A stretch of 64,000 nucleotides of DNA, from positions 38,502,001-38,566,000 of the forward strand of contig OX597820.1 of the NCBI GenBank assembly GCA_951406725.2, written 5' to 3'. The notes under the pieces were generated by a model. That model made no database searches. It worked only from the letters and a program-made list of their open reading frames with translations, and was not told the DNA's origin. The position numbers were made by a program, and so were the translations under genes. The DNA is from Octopus vulgaris (Eukaryota). Positions 13,163-26,310 of the stretch are shown here, in pieces. Position 1 is the first letter of the stretch; each line of letters opens with the position of its first letter.

Positions 13163-14457
13163 GACCGATTTATGTACGTGTATATGTAAGATAATGTGTG
13201 TGTGTGTGTGAGATTGTGTGTGAGTGCCACAACACACAACTTCACTCACTCATTCTCTCTCTCACACACACTCGTCCATTTCATATGCACGTACATCTTA
13301 CATTTTCTCCTCTTTTTTGCTTTCTCCTCTCACTTCAAAGCAAATGTGCCTTTTCACTTTATGCTGTCTTTTAATGTCTGCTCTCTTCAAAACATGCAGA
13401 AATTAAGACAATTCTACGGAAATTAACAAACAATCATATGATCCCATATATGTCGAGTTAGCAACTTTGCATTTTCAAATGAAAGAATGCCATAAAATAA
13501 CTTCCTTTCACACACACACACACCAGGTAAAACCTCTGTGCGAATTACGTTAATTCTTGCAGTGTGTGCGTGCAAATTTACTGCTGAAATTCAATTGAAA
13601 TTATCTTTATCTATCGAGTAATTTGTGCTAGTGATGAGCATATTTAAGTATCTGATCTTGGATATAAACGTAAAAGAAAGTTTTCCCAGAAATTCTATTC
13701 AATTTTGTCCTTTACCTCTTCTTTCTAGCATGTCCGAAGTGACATTCCCCCCACCGTTATTTTTTTCCTAAATTTCTTCCGATTCCTGTGTTTGCGATGC
13801 CGGATATTACGATTTCACCAACAAAACACGTTCTCAATATTTTAATTTTCTACCTCTCCATGCCAAATTCAGTTATTACTTTTTTCAAATTTTTCTGTTT
13901 GGTAATTCATGAAGAAAAAATAGAGAGTACAACACTTTAAGAATTCTAACCGTCACAATATCACTTTCTAAAAGCTATACACTCCCAATATTTACACTCT
14001 TAGCTTTTTTGGAAGCAGGGAAGTTTCTTCGGAAATAAAGTCGTTTACGTGTTGTTTCTAGCATGTCGGGTTTTCCAGTGGTGGTCTGGTATTTTTTAAG
14101 TCTACTATTTCAGTAGAATTTTACGCATGCGGGAAACATAAGACAAAAATGAAAGATTGGCAAAGTTTAGCTTTTTGAAAGCTGGTAGGTAATGGATACG
14201 CGAGGTGGGGAAGGGGCATTGAGTGTTTTTTAAAGACAAATTAAACTATATATATTCGTAATCTCTGTATTTTTCTATGTAAATTGAAAAAGTTACAATT
14301 AAGAAATTGCGGTGGGGATAGAGGGAAATTGAAATTGTGAAAACGTGATTTCTGGACAACATCGTATTAAATTCCTTTTATACAATGAAACAATATATAG
14401 TTACTGATCCTTCTTGTGAACAGAAAGCACTTTCCTGCGAGCCCATGCAAATTGTAT

Positions 14458-14534
<77 letters not shown>

Positions 14535-15648
14535 AGACTGTGTCTGTTTGCCCCACAAAACATATTTGAAACACCATCTCATTTATAAGCGTTGGTGTTT
14601 TGTCCATTTTCGCATTTTAGCTATGGTGATGATATTGATAATAGTGGGACCAGAGTTAAAGTTCGTAGATTTCAATTAATCGACACCTTTCTCTCTCCCT
14701 CTATCTCTCTCTAATGACTGCCGCAAGTACAAATAAAAAAAAAACATCCTGGGGTCAATACGTCTAACTAAAATTTTTTCAAGGCAGTGTCCCAGCATTG
14801 TCACCATCTAATGACTGAAACAAGCAAAAGATGAAAAGAAATAAAATATAAAAGAAAATCTTAAGTGTGGATGTTTTGTCCACTTCCACCAGCAGAGATC
14901 TGTCTGTCTCACTCTTTCTGTCCCTCTAAAAGCACACACACACACACGCAAGTACGCGCATACCCCCACATATATATGTATATTATTTCGTGTTTCAGAT
15001 ATTCCTATTCTTCTAACATCTCCGTTCAGATATAAGTATAGAAATTTCTTTCACATAAGCAGTGACTATCTGACTGTAAATCCATACGCACACAGACACA
15101 AAATCACAGCGGAGCGAAGATATATCGACACACCGGAAAAAAGACAATCAACAAAGCCTTGTCCTGCATTCCTGTAACATACCGTCGGAATTTCAGCAAA
15201 AACACTGACGCCATTCAGTATTTGTACATTCATTTCACTACAACTTACTGATATTCCTTATCAAAATCATTTCTGATTCCCTTCAGCTATTCTTCTATAT
15301 GATATACCTATTTTCCTTGCATGACTGTCATACAGCGTCCGAATTTCATTTCACTATTATTTACTGATATTTATTATTAAAAAAAATATCTCATAAAAGA
15401 AGACCGTCACAAAAGGAACACAAAAAAACCCCATTATTTACCCTTATATTAATAATATAAGGGTAAATAATTATTAATTTCAAAATCAACAATTATTTGC
15501 GGATAAATTTCGGTATGGTTATAAAGGTTATATATATATATATATATATATAACGGGAAGCTTTATGAAAATAGACAAAAGACGAAGGCTGGTGGAAAAC
15601 AAACAAACAATTGTATTAGTATGGCGCTCAGGAAATATAAATAAAACA

Positions 15649-15689
15649 AGTCTTTAACGTTTCGAGCCTACGCTCTTCAACAGAAAGAT
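15649..15689 (-). ncRNA. Minimal type I hammerhead-like motif (degenerate)
   Basis: Minus strand: TCTTT CTGTTGA A GAGC GTAG GCTC GAAAC GTT AAAGA. Stems I and II pair; core A6 is mutated. Confidence 0.55.
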
Positions 15690-15841
15690 ACACAGAGAGA
15701 AAAAAAACACAGAAAGAAGGGGATAATAAAACGAATGGTTTACACCTCGTAGCTTACTGGTAAAGGACGGTCATTCTCAGAGTGATCGTTTGGTATATAA
15801 CAAATGAAAGACAGAAGAAGGAATATATGAAAATTTATTAT

Positions 15842-15950
15842 TAATCACGACAATTGTTTCGACACATCTAGCATGGATTCCTCTTTGGTGGAACAATCAA
15901 CAACTCGTTCAGGAATATCCGGTTGTGTAGATGTATCTTGTCGGCTGATA
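15842..15950 (-). ncRNA. Degenerate type I hammerhead with long helix II, in the PLE pLTR
   Basis: Minus strand: CCGACAA GATACATCTA...TAGATGTGTC GAAAC AATT GTC. Confidence 0.55.
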
Positions 15951-17019
15951 AATAAATAAAAAGAACGCGTTACAATGACGGTTCCACAATGTAACTTACC
16001 GTTTTTTAGTGAGAAAAACGGCCAGACGGAGAAAAAATCTTCATATATATATATGTAGAAGATTAAGAATAAAATTGCAGATAAGAAAAAGAGAAACGAA
16101 TACGTAATCCAGCGAGAAAAGTATTGAAAATAACCGTTAATAGGTAGGGATGTTTAAAAGCCCTCGGGCAAGCTGCATGGCATGAGTACACACGCTCATA
16201 CAAGCATCAGCAAAAATGTGAGCATATGCACACGCAAGGTTTGATGCACTCATGATACCAAAGTGAGTTAATTATTTACTTGGTGTTTATAAGTATGGGG
16301 AGATTTAAAGTAAACTCAAGTCATTCATAACTTAAAGTAAATTAATTTAAATTAAGTTAATGATTACTCAACATTCATTCTCACTGCATTGTGTAAAAAT
16401 ACATTTATATGCATGTAGTCATCTCGATAGTCGTTCAAAAATTCTATTAATTATCTTCCCGTTAGTCCACAGAATAGATAGAGATTCCTCGGAGCAGAGA
16501 TGACATCTTCTGGAAATTATATTGTATGGCTTTGCATGTCTAAATATGGACCAATTAATGTTGCACTTCGTTTTATCCCCCTTCAATCACCATATAAAAT
16601 CTCCCAAAGATTTTAAATGTCTCTTATTTATCGATTTAAAGCTGGCAACAGGTTTACGATAACCATTATTAAATGAATCAGCCGTTTTCCCAATCTTGAC
16701 ATAGGTTTCTCCCCTTGTGTGTACGGTTCATTTATATACAAGATATGCATTCGTGCAGAGATTCATCAAGGGACATTTAGATTTATCACTGCATGGGCAT
16801 TTATCGTATTTATTTGTATATAAAGTAGTCCCGACTCCATTTACCGGCGTTGTTACCGTGTTAGTTGTATCATGAGTATTTCTACTACAACAAATTGGTC
16901 GAAGTTGATGTTTATCAATGCGGTTCACATTTCCTTAGTTGGTATTTACATGCAAATATTTGCTAGATCCATTGGGTGGGTTATTGAAACATTACCACAT
17001 TTTGCTATTGTTTATGCTA

Positions 17020-18310
17020 CGAGGGGCGTTCAATAAGTAATGCCCCTGATCCACTTTCCATAGCAGTAGAGCAACGAAACTTGGAACAGTTATTAGTCTT
17101 TTTCTACATAGGAACCACCCAGAGTTACGCATTTCTCCCATCGTTTGATGCAGCTCTGAAGACCGTTTTTGTAGAAGACCCCAGCTTGGTCCTCCAACCA
17201 CGACGTGACTTCAGAAATCAAGGCTGCATCATCTGGGAAACGCTTTCCTTTCAAAAACAACTTCATGGCTGGGAAGAGGTGAAAATCAGAGGGTGCAAGG
17301 TCAGGAGAGTAGGGGGGATGGGGGATGAGTTCATAGCCACACGCCTGTGCTTCTGATCTGGCGACACGCGAGTTGTGGATCGGAGCGTTGTCCTGCAGGA
17401 GGAGGATGCCTTTGCTGATCTTGCCCCGCCTCTTGATTTTGATAGCTTCTCTTAATTTCCTCAAAAGTGAAGCATAATAGGCTCCTGTAATTGTGGCACC
17501 ATTTGCCAGGAAATCTGTCTTCATTACTCCGTCCTGGTCCCAGAAGACTGTAAGCATGACCTTGCCAGCGGAGGGCTGCACCCTTGCCTTCTTTGGAGGA
17601 GGTGAGTCACGGTGCTTCCACTGCATTGACTGGGCTTTGGTCTCTGGATCATAGTGATGGACCCAGGTTTTATCCTATGCAATCAGTCTTTTGAAAAATT
17701 TTGACTCATCTTCTTGGCACATCTCCAAATACATCCTCGAGCAATCGACGCGTTCTTGCTCCTGGAAAGGTGTAAGCAACCTGGGAATACATCTGGCAGA
17801 CACCTTTTGCATATGCAAATGGTCATGAATGATAGTTTCCACAGACCCGGTACTAATCTTGACCTCATGGGCTATTTGGCAAATAGTTATGCGTCGATCT
17901 TCCAAAATGGCAGCCTCAACTTGACAGACAGATGCCTTATCAATGGCAGAAGGGGGCGACCAGATCTGGGAGCTGTTTCCACAGAGTTCCGACCATGCTT
18001 GAATTCACGATGCCAGCGTTTTACAAGGTCATATGATGGGCATCATCACCATAAGTTACTTTCATTTCATCAAAAGTCTCCCGTGGTGTGCGTCCTTTCA
18101 AATACAAAAACCGGATCACCGCTCGACACTCAGCATGCTCCATTTCACACTTGACTCAGTTCAAACACCTGTAAATCAAAAACCACAATTAGTTCAGAGC
18201 TGTAATTTGCCACTTAATCTATAGAGATATGAATAATTGCACATGCAAAATTGCAGCTAGATCAAACAACTGCAAGTGGGTCAGAGGCATTACTTATTGA
18301 ACGCCCCTCG
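17020..18310 (-). mobile_element. Complete mariner (DD34D) DNA transposon, 1291 bp
   Basis: TIRs CGAGGGGCGTTCAATAAGTAATGCC / GGCATTACTTATTGAACGCCCCTCG, with TA duplications at 17018-19 and 18311-12. Confidence 0.95.
17093..18143 (-). pseudogene. Mariner transposase, disrupted
   Basis: MEHAECRAVIRFL start; DKTWVHHYDPE, LLQDNAP and HPPYSPDLAPSDFHLF motifs. Stop at 17675 and a frameshift near 18040. Confidence 0.92.
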
Positions 18311-19458
18311 TATGCATAAACTGCTCTAAATTAGCGGAGTTGGCGTAGGTTACCTCGACGGTGTCTCGATTGAAAATAGCATGATACCGATTAGATTTAG
18401 GAAAACACTTGTTCAAAACAGCAAAAACATTTCTAGCTATCCTGGTTGAAACATGCAAACAGAAAATTGGGTTCAATCAGATGACATCCTGATTCCTATA
18501 TCTGTTGTTAGGTTTATTTTTATCGAGTGCGTTGTACAGGATTAGAACAAGGAGTTGAATTATTATGTCGCATGTGTTCTATCAGTTTTCTTTGGTAGTT
18601 CATTGACATGACCAGTTTTTTCTGGCATGTATTCTTTATCCGACTGATTTCTCAAAAGGTAACGTTGTGGTGGTATATGATGTGCATCGCAGTTGTAGGA
18701 ATTACCAGTGTTGCTTATGTCTGCTTCTTGTATATATTGAATTTCCTCACCGTGCCGAGCCCTAGCTAGAGCATCATTATAATAAGATGCATGAGATTCG
18801 AAACATTTATTGTTAGAAGATAATGTAGAGATTATAGTAGAAATATTCTTAACTAGTCCCCGTATAATCAAGGGTGGATGGTTGGATGCTACGTTAAAGT
18901 ACTTAATATGATCATTCGGTTTATAAGATGGTTCAAATAATGCAGCATCAAGACAGAAGTTTGCATCAAGAAAATTCACTCTATGATAATCTTTACCTAT
19001 AGTAATGTTTAGTCCTAAATTTGTGAAAGAAAGTCTAAATAAAGTTTTCCTATGCCTTTCTAACTGTGGTTTACTACATCTGACTAGAAAAAATAAGGCG
19101 TCTTCCCTTATACAGACTCCCTGTTACTTCCGGAAATGAAGACTGGATTAATGAAAGGATATATATTCCGACTAGGTTACTAGCCTGAGCAGAACCATGT
19201 GAGACCATTGCTATTTCAAAAGCATTTTCCCTATCTAATCTACTACATTTTGTACCATCAAAATCTACTAGAGTGGCTTGCGTAGCAAGTATAATATCTA
19301 TTTTGCGTCAGGACAAATCGGATTTTTTCATGCTAAAATTCAGGGCTTGATTAAGAACGATCGGGTTGATAGTGGCATACTAGCTCCCGATATCAAGTTG
19401 CAAGAATTTACTAGTTTTGTTAATAATTTCTCGTATATTCCGTCTTCTGTCTTTCATC

Positions 19459-19498
<40 letters not shown>

Positions 19499-19511
19499 GT
19501 ATATGTATATA

Positions 19512-19609
19512 TGCTTGTTTGCCATATTCGAATATAAACAAGCACATACACATACACACACACGCGGAGACATACATTAAATACACGCGTAATTATGTAT
19601 GTATGTATG

Positions 19610-19653
<44 letters not shown>

Positions 19654-19755
19654 CATACATACATACATACATACTTACACGTGTATTTAATGTATGTGTC
19701 CGCGTGTGTGTGTATGTGTATGTGCTTGTTTATGTTCGTATGTGGCAAATAAGCA
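19512..19755. repeat. Imperfect palindrome centred on (TATG)n(TA)n(CATA)n
   Basis: TGCTTGTTTGCCATATTCGAATATAAACAAGCACATACAC... is mirrored by ...GTGTATGTGCTTGTTTATGTTCGTATGTGGCAAATAAGCA. Confidence 0.85.
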
Positions 19756-19935
19756 CACGTACATTTACGATGTGGGAAACCGAAATCAAATATGAGGAAA
19801 GTATTTTTTGATAAAAACTACTAACGAAAGCAAATATAACCGTAATGGAGAAACTACTAATTTGATTAAAAGTTCTGCTGTATTTGAAGCACAAAACAAG
19901 TTTCGGGGAATAAACATGTATTTTACATAAACTGA

Positions 19936-20083
<148 letters not shown>

Positions 20084-20366
20084 GTAGTAGGTTCATGAAA
20101 TAAGACGATAAAAATATTTTTTATTACTTTCTAAGTAAATAGATGAAAAACATTAGAAGTAAAGAATTCAGTTTATTGATAATATAGTTCTAAAATACAT
20201 TTCTCATTTGTTGCATGAATAGACCATTTGATATGACATATACAGCCTCTAGCTAATTGCATTACGAGCACATGAATTGATGTTTAGACTTGTATGCATA
20301 ACAGTGATGCGGACGAGAATGGTGGTGGTGGTGGTGGTGATGGTGGTGATGGTAATAGTTCTCTTG

Positions 20367-20401
<35 letters not shown>

Positions 20402-20560
20402 TAATGATGATGACGATGATGATGAGGACAATGGTGATGATAACCTCAACATTATTATCCTCACAATCAGTAACACCATCACTACCATCATGATCTTCTT
20501 CATTTTCATTATGCTCCACCTTTAATTGCAGTCATCATCATCATCATCATCATCATCATC

Positions 20561-20815
20561 AATTGGGTTGAACCAGAGGACATCCTGATTCTTATATCTG
20601 TTTTTAGATTTGTTTGATCGCGTGTATTGTAAAGGATTGGAACAAGCAGTTCAATTATTATGTCGTATGTTTCTATTGAGTTTTCGGTGGTAGTTCATCG
20701 ATGTGCTCAATTCTTTCTCGCCTGTATTGCTTATCCGAGAGATTTCTCAAACACTAACGTTGTGGTGGTATACGATGTGCATCGCAGTTGTAGGAATGAC
20801 CAGTATTGCTTATGG
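20561..20815 (-). mobile_element. Second internal fragment of the PLE family at 15720-19440
   Basis: Colinear with 18465-18720 (AATTGGGTT..ACATCCTGATTC..TAACGTTGTGGTGGTATA..TGTGCATCGCAGTTGTAGGAAT). Confidence 0.8.
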
Positions 20816-20940
20816 CTCATCGTCATCATCATCATCGTCATCTTCATCGCCATCATCATCGTCGTCATCGTCATAGTCACCATCTTCATCGTCGTAAACG
20901 TCATCATCGTCGTCATCATCGTCATCGTCATCATTATCAT

Positions 20941-20975
<35 letters not shown>

Positions 20976-21058
20976 ATACCACCACTGCCACCACCACCAC
21001 CACCATCATCATCATCATAATCATAACAACCACTACCACCACCACCACCACCACCACC

Positions 21059-21092
<34 letters not shown>

Positions 21093-21190
21093 TCATCATA
21101 ATCATAACAACCACTACTACCAGCACCACCACCGCCGCCGCCATCATCATCATCATCATCATCATCATCACCGTTATTGTGATCGTCATC
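20816..21190. repeat. (CAT/CAC/CGT)n trinucleotide array
   Basis: Degenerate trinucleotide repeat that produces the poly-His/Ile/Met pseudo-ORFs. Confidence 0.95.
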
Positions 21191-23866
21191 TCTTTGATTA
21201 CAATCAAGGTCAACTAATCAATATTACCACAGTGATCATCATAAACGTCACATTAATTATAATTTTGTATAGAGAATCATTAACATCAGCGTCATGATAG
21301 TTGTCATCGATTTCGTCAGTGTTATAAATAGCTATAGCACTATCAACATAAACAACACACTATAAGTAACTCCACCACCATCACAACAACCATCGCCACA
21401 ACCACCACAACCATCATCGTTGTGTTCGCTACCGTCGTATTGTTTATCATCGTCGCTTTCATCCACTCCTCGTCGTCGTCATCATCATCATCATCTCCAT
21501 TTATATACTTTGGTGGATGTGTTATTGCTGAAATACCAGCCATATTAACGTCTAACATTGAGATTCATTAGTATGCCTCGATGTTAAAAACATTTTAGTC
21601 GGCTGAGAAAATAGGTAGTGACGAATATTAATTCCAGGCAATCTACTTAGATGATCACACGCATGCACGCACGCACACACACACACACACACACACATAC
21701 ATACACACACACAAACACACACACACACACACAGTCACACACACACACACTCACACTATCCACATTTCCATGCGTTACACATTGAAAATACATTATGCTG
21801 TTTGACATTGGATCATTCAAAAGCATAAGTCACCTGTTCCCTTTCTCATTGCTGAATCGCTCATTTCGTTTGTATGGTTTGTGATATAGAGCAAAGAATG
21901 CATTATCTCGCGAAGGAAAATGTTAGGGACATGAGATTTATACAGATTTCAATAATTCGTCACGAAAGTACACTCACATCTCATGAAATCCTTTTACCAT
22001 GCTCCTGTTGGTTAAGGAAATAATTGAATCTAGTCGTTTTCTTCTAGGAGACCATCAGTTCCCTCTAGCAGCAGACTTTCCCACTAAAGTTGGACTTCTC
22101 TTTAGAGAAAATAGTTGCCTCTTCAGAGAAGTTCGGCTCCTCCTGGCCCTTCTTATTGGTTTCTGTCAAAGTTGATGGCCATTCTGGAGGATGTGTCTTC
22201 TCCCCGCTTCCCATGTTCCTTTAAACATTTCCTGTAGTTTTACAAGTATCCCTTATCCCAATCTCTTACCCATAATTTAGCTGTTCTACATTACCCACAG
22301 AAGACGAACTCTTACGAGAAAAAATCTCATACATCTGTTTCCACGGACATACTCTCACTAGATTTGCTGCAGTCGATTCTTTCCTCCTTCCATCAATTCA
22401 TCAGTCATTGCTGGTTACAGCCGGGGTATTAAAGTTCTCTGTTTTCTGTTTAGTTTCTGGTTTTAATAATGAGAGGGCGATACGTTCCAGCGCCTACTGA
22501 AATTCCACCTACAGCTGTCGTTTGCGCCGGACCGTTCTGCTCTGATGCTAATTATCTCCGTCAATAATCCGTCCTGAGACGTGTTGGCTATTGCAAAAGG
22601 ACACGATCTTAGGCCATTTTGCAGTCATATAAAATTGTTAGGAACCTACCTAACGTATGAACCTACCTGATCACATGCCTCCAAAACATTACAACGTTGC
22701 TTATCACATACAACTTTTGTGCAACTTAATCTCTTATACCGAATGCCTTGACACCAGTTTTTGGATAGCTGTCGTGCGTATAGATTAAAGAATGAAAATA
22801 ATGTACGATATTGATCTCACTTACTTTATGTTTGAGTTTTTCCCCTCCAAATGTCGGTGGAGGTTGTCTCCCCTTTTTGGATGGTGCAGAGACTAGCAGG
22901 TATGCTGGATTTCTTTATTCACATTCCTTAATCGTAATTTGCATGAGAGAAGCAATAGTCTGTATGACATAGCATTGCTATGCAATCTTACAATTAAGTG
23001 TCTCATATCAAAGGTTCTTATCTTTAAAAGTACATTTACAAACGACAGAGTGTGACCTGCATTCGAAGCACACTCATATTAATGTTATTCTTGAATTTTT
23101 TGCTGCTGTTGTTTTGGTGGAGGTGGTGGTGTTCGTTGTCTTTGTGGTGTTTTTGTCAACGAGTTATTTACATTATTCCTGTCCAACTCTTAAATTTCAT
23201 TAGCATGTTTTATGTTTTCGCTTATCAAACAATTCACATATGTTTTGCAGTTTTTCTTATTTTTAGCCGTGCTATACCAAAGTTCTGAACAATATTATTG
23301 TTCTTTGTTAGAAGGCATTCTTTTCTTTTTTTCCTCTCATGTCGAATATTTGTGTTTTTTAATTTCCTTTTGTTTCATTTGCGTTTGCGATCAGTTATGT
23401 TTTATTCATGTTTCCTAGCGGCGTGATTGGCCATTTTGTTTAATATGGCCATTTTTGATAAGATCGAACGATAAGATAAGTGTCAAAAAGAGACGAAATT
23501 TTAACGTCTGACACAAAATGGGACCCATTCCGCATTGTTGAGTAATCCTTACTCGTGAATTATCCAAATTTAAAAGTTCTCTCATGTACAACTGGTAAAA
23601 ATGATCATGTTTGGAATGACAGACACAAGACGTTCGTTATTTGATAGGATGATACGGTTCTCATAAAGTAGAGAATGCAAGAAATTTCAAGTTTACAGAA
23701 ACATGCGGTATAGAAACAAAAGTAATCGAGAAAGGAATAGAGGTGTAACAACGTTATGAAATATATGTATGTAAACATGCATCTACGTATATATATGTAT
23801 GTATATATAAGCATAAAAATATATATGTATACACACACACACAAATATATATATATATATATATAT

Positions 23867-24160
23867 GGAGGCGCAATGGCCCACTTGTTAGGGCAGTGGA
23901 CTCGCGGCTGTAGGATCGTGGTTTCGATTCCCAAACCGGGCCGGGCGTTATGAGCGTTTATTGATTGAAAACATCTAAAGCTCCACGATGCTCCGGCAGG
24001 AAGAAGGGGCAATCCCTGCTGTACTCTTTCGCCACAAATTTCTCTCACTCTTTCTTATGTTGGCCTGCTCGCTTAGCCAGCAGTAACGTCATTTGAAGGC
24101 TAAAACAATGACGCCAGCGATATGTACCAATATCTGACAGTCTGGTCGGTCACGGTGATC

Positions 24161-24164
<4 letters not shown>
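23867..24164 (+). mobile_element. tRNA-derived SINE, family 2
   Basis: GGAGGCGCAATGGCCC head with A-box-like and GGTTTCGATTCC B-box-like motifs. Homologous to 25819-26128 and 62919-63262. Confidence 0.85.
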
Positions 24165-24199
<35 letters not shown>

Positions 24200-24295
24200 T
24201 ATAATAATAATAACAACAACAACAACAACAATAATAATGATAACAACAACAGCAACAACAACAACAGCAATAATAATAATAATAATAATAATAAT

Positions 24296-25340
24296 AGCGC
24301 AGTCTATTAAGGAGACGAGAAAACATAATAATATTCTGGAACGGAAAAAAAGAAATGAAGTTCAGCGAAAGAAATCCTTCGAGCTAGAGACGAAGTATAG
24401 AGTAAAGAGAAAAGGAATCAAGTTGTGATTGAGGAATTAAAACAGAGGTTGAAAGCTAAAGCACTTAAACTCGGGAGATATGAACAGATATTTGAACAGT
24501 ATAGATTAAACAGACTTTTCGAACAAAATCAGAAACGAGTCTATCAGGAACTGGATGGGTAAGAAAAAAGTGTGAAAAAGCCGTGCCGGATGCTGGAGAA
24601 AGCAAAAGATTCTGATCAAACATATGGTCTCAGAAGAAACAACACGAAACTAAAGCAGAGTGGTTAAAGACACTGAAAGAGGAGAGTAGAAAATATCAGC
24701 AGGAAGATTTGAGAACAACTGATATGATTAGAGAGCAGTGCAGGAAAATTTCTAAATGGAAAGCCCCTAGTCCAGATGGAGTTCAGGGCGTTTGGGAAAA
24801 AGGAAGAACGGTATTTTGCCAGAAGGACCGAAGAAAAGCGAATGCGACTGGAAATTTTCAACCAATAACTTGTTTACCACTGATGTGGAAACTGATGATG
24901 AGCATCATATCAAACAGCAGCTATAAGTACCGAGATGAGAACGAACAACTACCAGTGGAACAAAAAGGGGTATAGACATAACAGCAGAGGGATGACCGAT
25001 CAATTACTAATCGATAAGACTATCCTGACCAATTGCTAGAAGAGACACAAAAATTTGGCGATGGCATGGGTGAACTACAGGAAAACATATGATATGGTTG
25101 CACACTCGTGGATTATTGAATGCTTTAAGCTCCTTAAGTTATCCCACAATATCCTGAAGTTAATACAAAACTCAATGACAACGTGGCGAACTGAACTCAA
25201 AACATGGGTAGATAAGCTAGAAGAGGTAAATTTCAAAAGAGGAACCTTTCATATGGACAGCCTGTCGCCTCTCCCATTTTTTGTCTGCTTGTTGCAACTA
25301 ACAAGCGTCTATAGAAAGATGCGTGTTGGATACATGCTAG
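24296..25340 (+). mobile_element. Dong/R4-clade non-LTR retrotransposon RT fragment, decayed
   Basis: WKAPSPDGVQG, NFQPITCLPLMWKLM, LPVEQKG, DQLLIDK, MAWVNYRKTYDMVAHSWI and RGTFHMDSLSPL motifs. Abuts a (TAA/CAA)n tract, the known Dong target type. Confidence 0.85.
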
Positions 25341-25411
25341 CCAGGGTCTGCACATATACATACGTACACATATAAATACATACACAAACAAATATATATA
25401 TATATATATAT

Positions 25412-25726
25412 TACGGAGATGTTCTTGCAGAGCGAGTGACTTGAACAGAGATGGTGTGCTGAATGAAAAATAATTGCAGCGTGGAAGGTGTTTATATTCC
25501 ATTTAAAAACACATAACAGCTGTTAGATTCACTTCAATATTTAAATTTAATTTGTCACAATATTTTCGTTGCTTTAAAACCGCAGCACAGAATTTTATCA
25601 GTGAATAGTTCGCGGTTTCAAAGCGACGAAAATATTGTGACAAATTAAATTTAAATATTGAAGTGAGTCTAACGGTTTTTTGTGTTTCAAATGGTTTATA
25701 AACACCTTCCACGTTGTAATTGTTTC

Positions 25727-25730
<4 letters not shown>
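25412..25730 (-). mobile_element. Fold-back pLTR-like module with degenerate hammerhead-like core
   Basis: Arms ~25472-25583 and ~25612-25721 are reverse complements with a 28-nt spacer. Minus strand TTCA CTGATAA...CGAAA ATAT TG TGAC. Flanked by (TA)n. Confidence 0.6.
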
Positions 25731-25793
<63 letters not shown>

Positions 25794-25818
25794 GTTCATA
25801 TATATATGTATATATATA

Positions 25819-26124
25819 TCACTTCACTTGATCACTTGACCGACCAGACCATCAGATATTTTTACACATCGCTGGTCACAATGCGTTCGCATTGTTTTAG
25901 CCTTCGAACGACGCCACCCCGCTGGCTAAGCGAGCAGGCCAACAGAAGAAAGAGAGAGAAAAAGAGTGGTGAAAGAGTACAGCAGGGATCACCACCCCCT
26001 GCCGGAGGTTCGTGGAGCTTTTTTAGGCGTTTTCGCTCAATAAACACTCACAACGCCCGGTCTGAGAAACGAAACTGCGATCCTACGACCGCCAGTCCGC
26101 TGCCCTAACCACTAGGCCATTGCG

Positions 26125-26128
<4 letters not shown>
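25819..26128 (-). mobile_element. tRNA-derived SINE, family 2
   Basis: Reverse complement of the 23867 family (ends GGCCATTGCGCCTC). Confidence 0.85.
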
Positions 26129-26198
<70 letters not shown>

Positions 26199-26310
26199 CA
26201 ATATATATATATATATATTTATGTACTTAGATATTGCACTCACATATACACACGCCTTGCTACATGAACACACACACATACACACACACACACACATATA
26301 TATATATATT

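Larger units (their letters stand above)
15720..19440 (-). mobile_element. Decayed Penelope-like element (Naiad-like) interrupted by a mariner
   Basis: RT motifs FEIAM..GSAQASNLVGIYIL, LYREDALFFL and NFLDANFCL...YKPNDHIKYFNVASNHPP; KCPCSDKSKCPLMNLC..LVYK preceding the GIY-YIG; pLTR with hammerhead motif at ~15850-15950. Confidence 0.85.

Noticed and set aside
20660-21297. His-rich, Met-rich and Ile/Thr-rich ORFs (160-185 aa)
   Set aside because: They are translations of a (CAT/CAC)n array open in several frames on both strands; the N-terminus is a PLE fragment in antisense.
23867-23940. tRNA-like heads of the SINEs as tRNA genes
   Set aside because: They continue into SINE bodies, are diverged among copies, and lack a clean cloverleaf or terminator.
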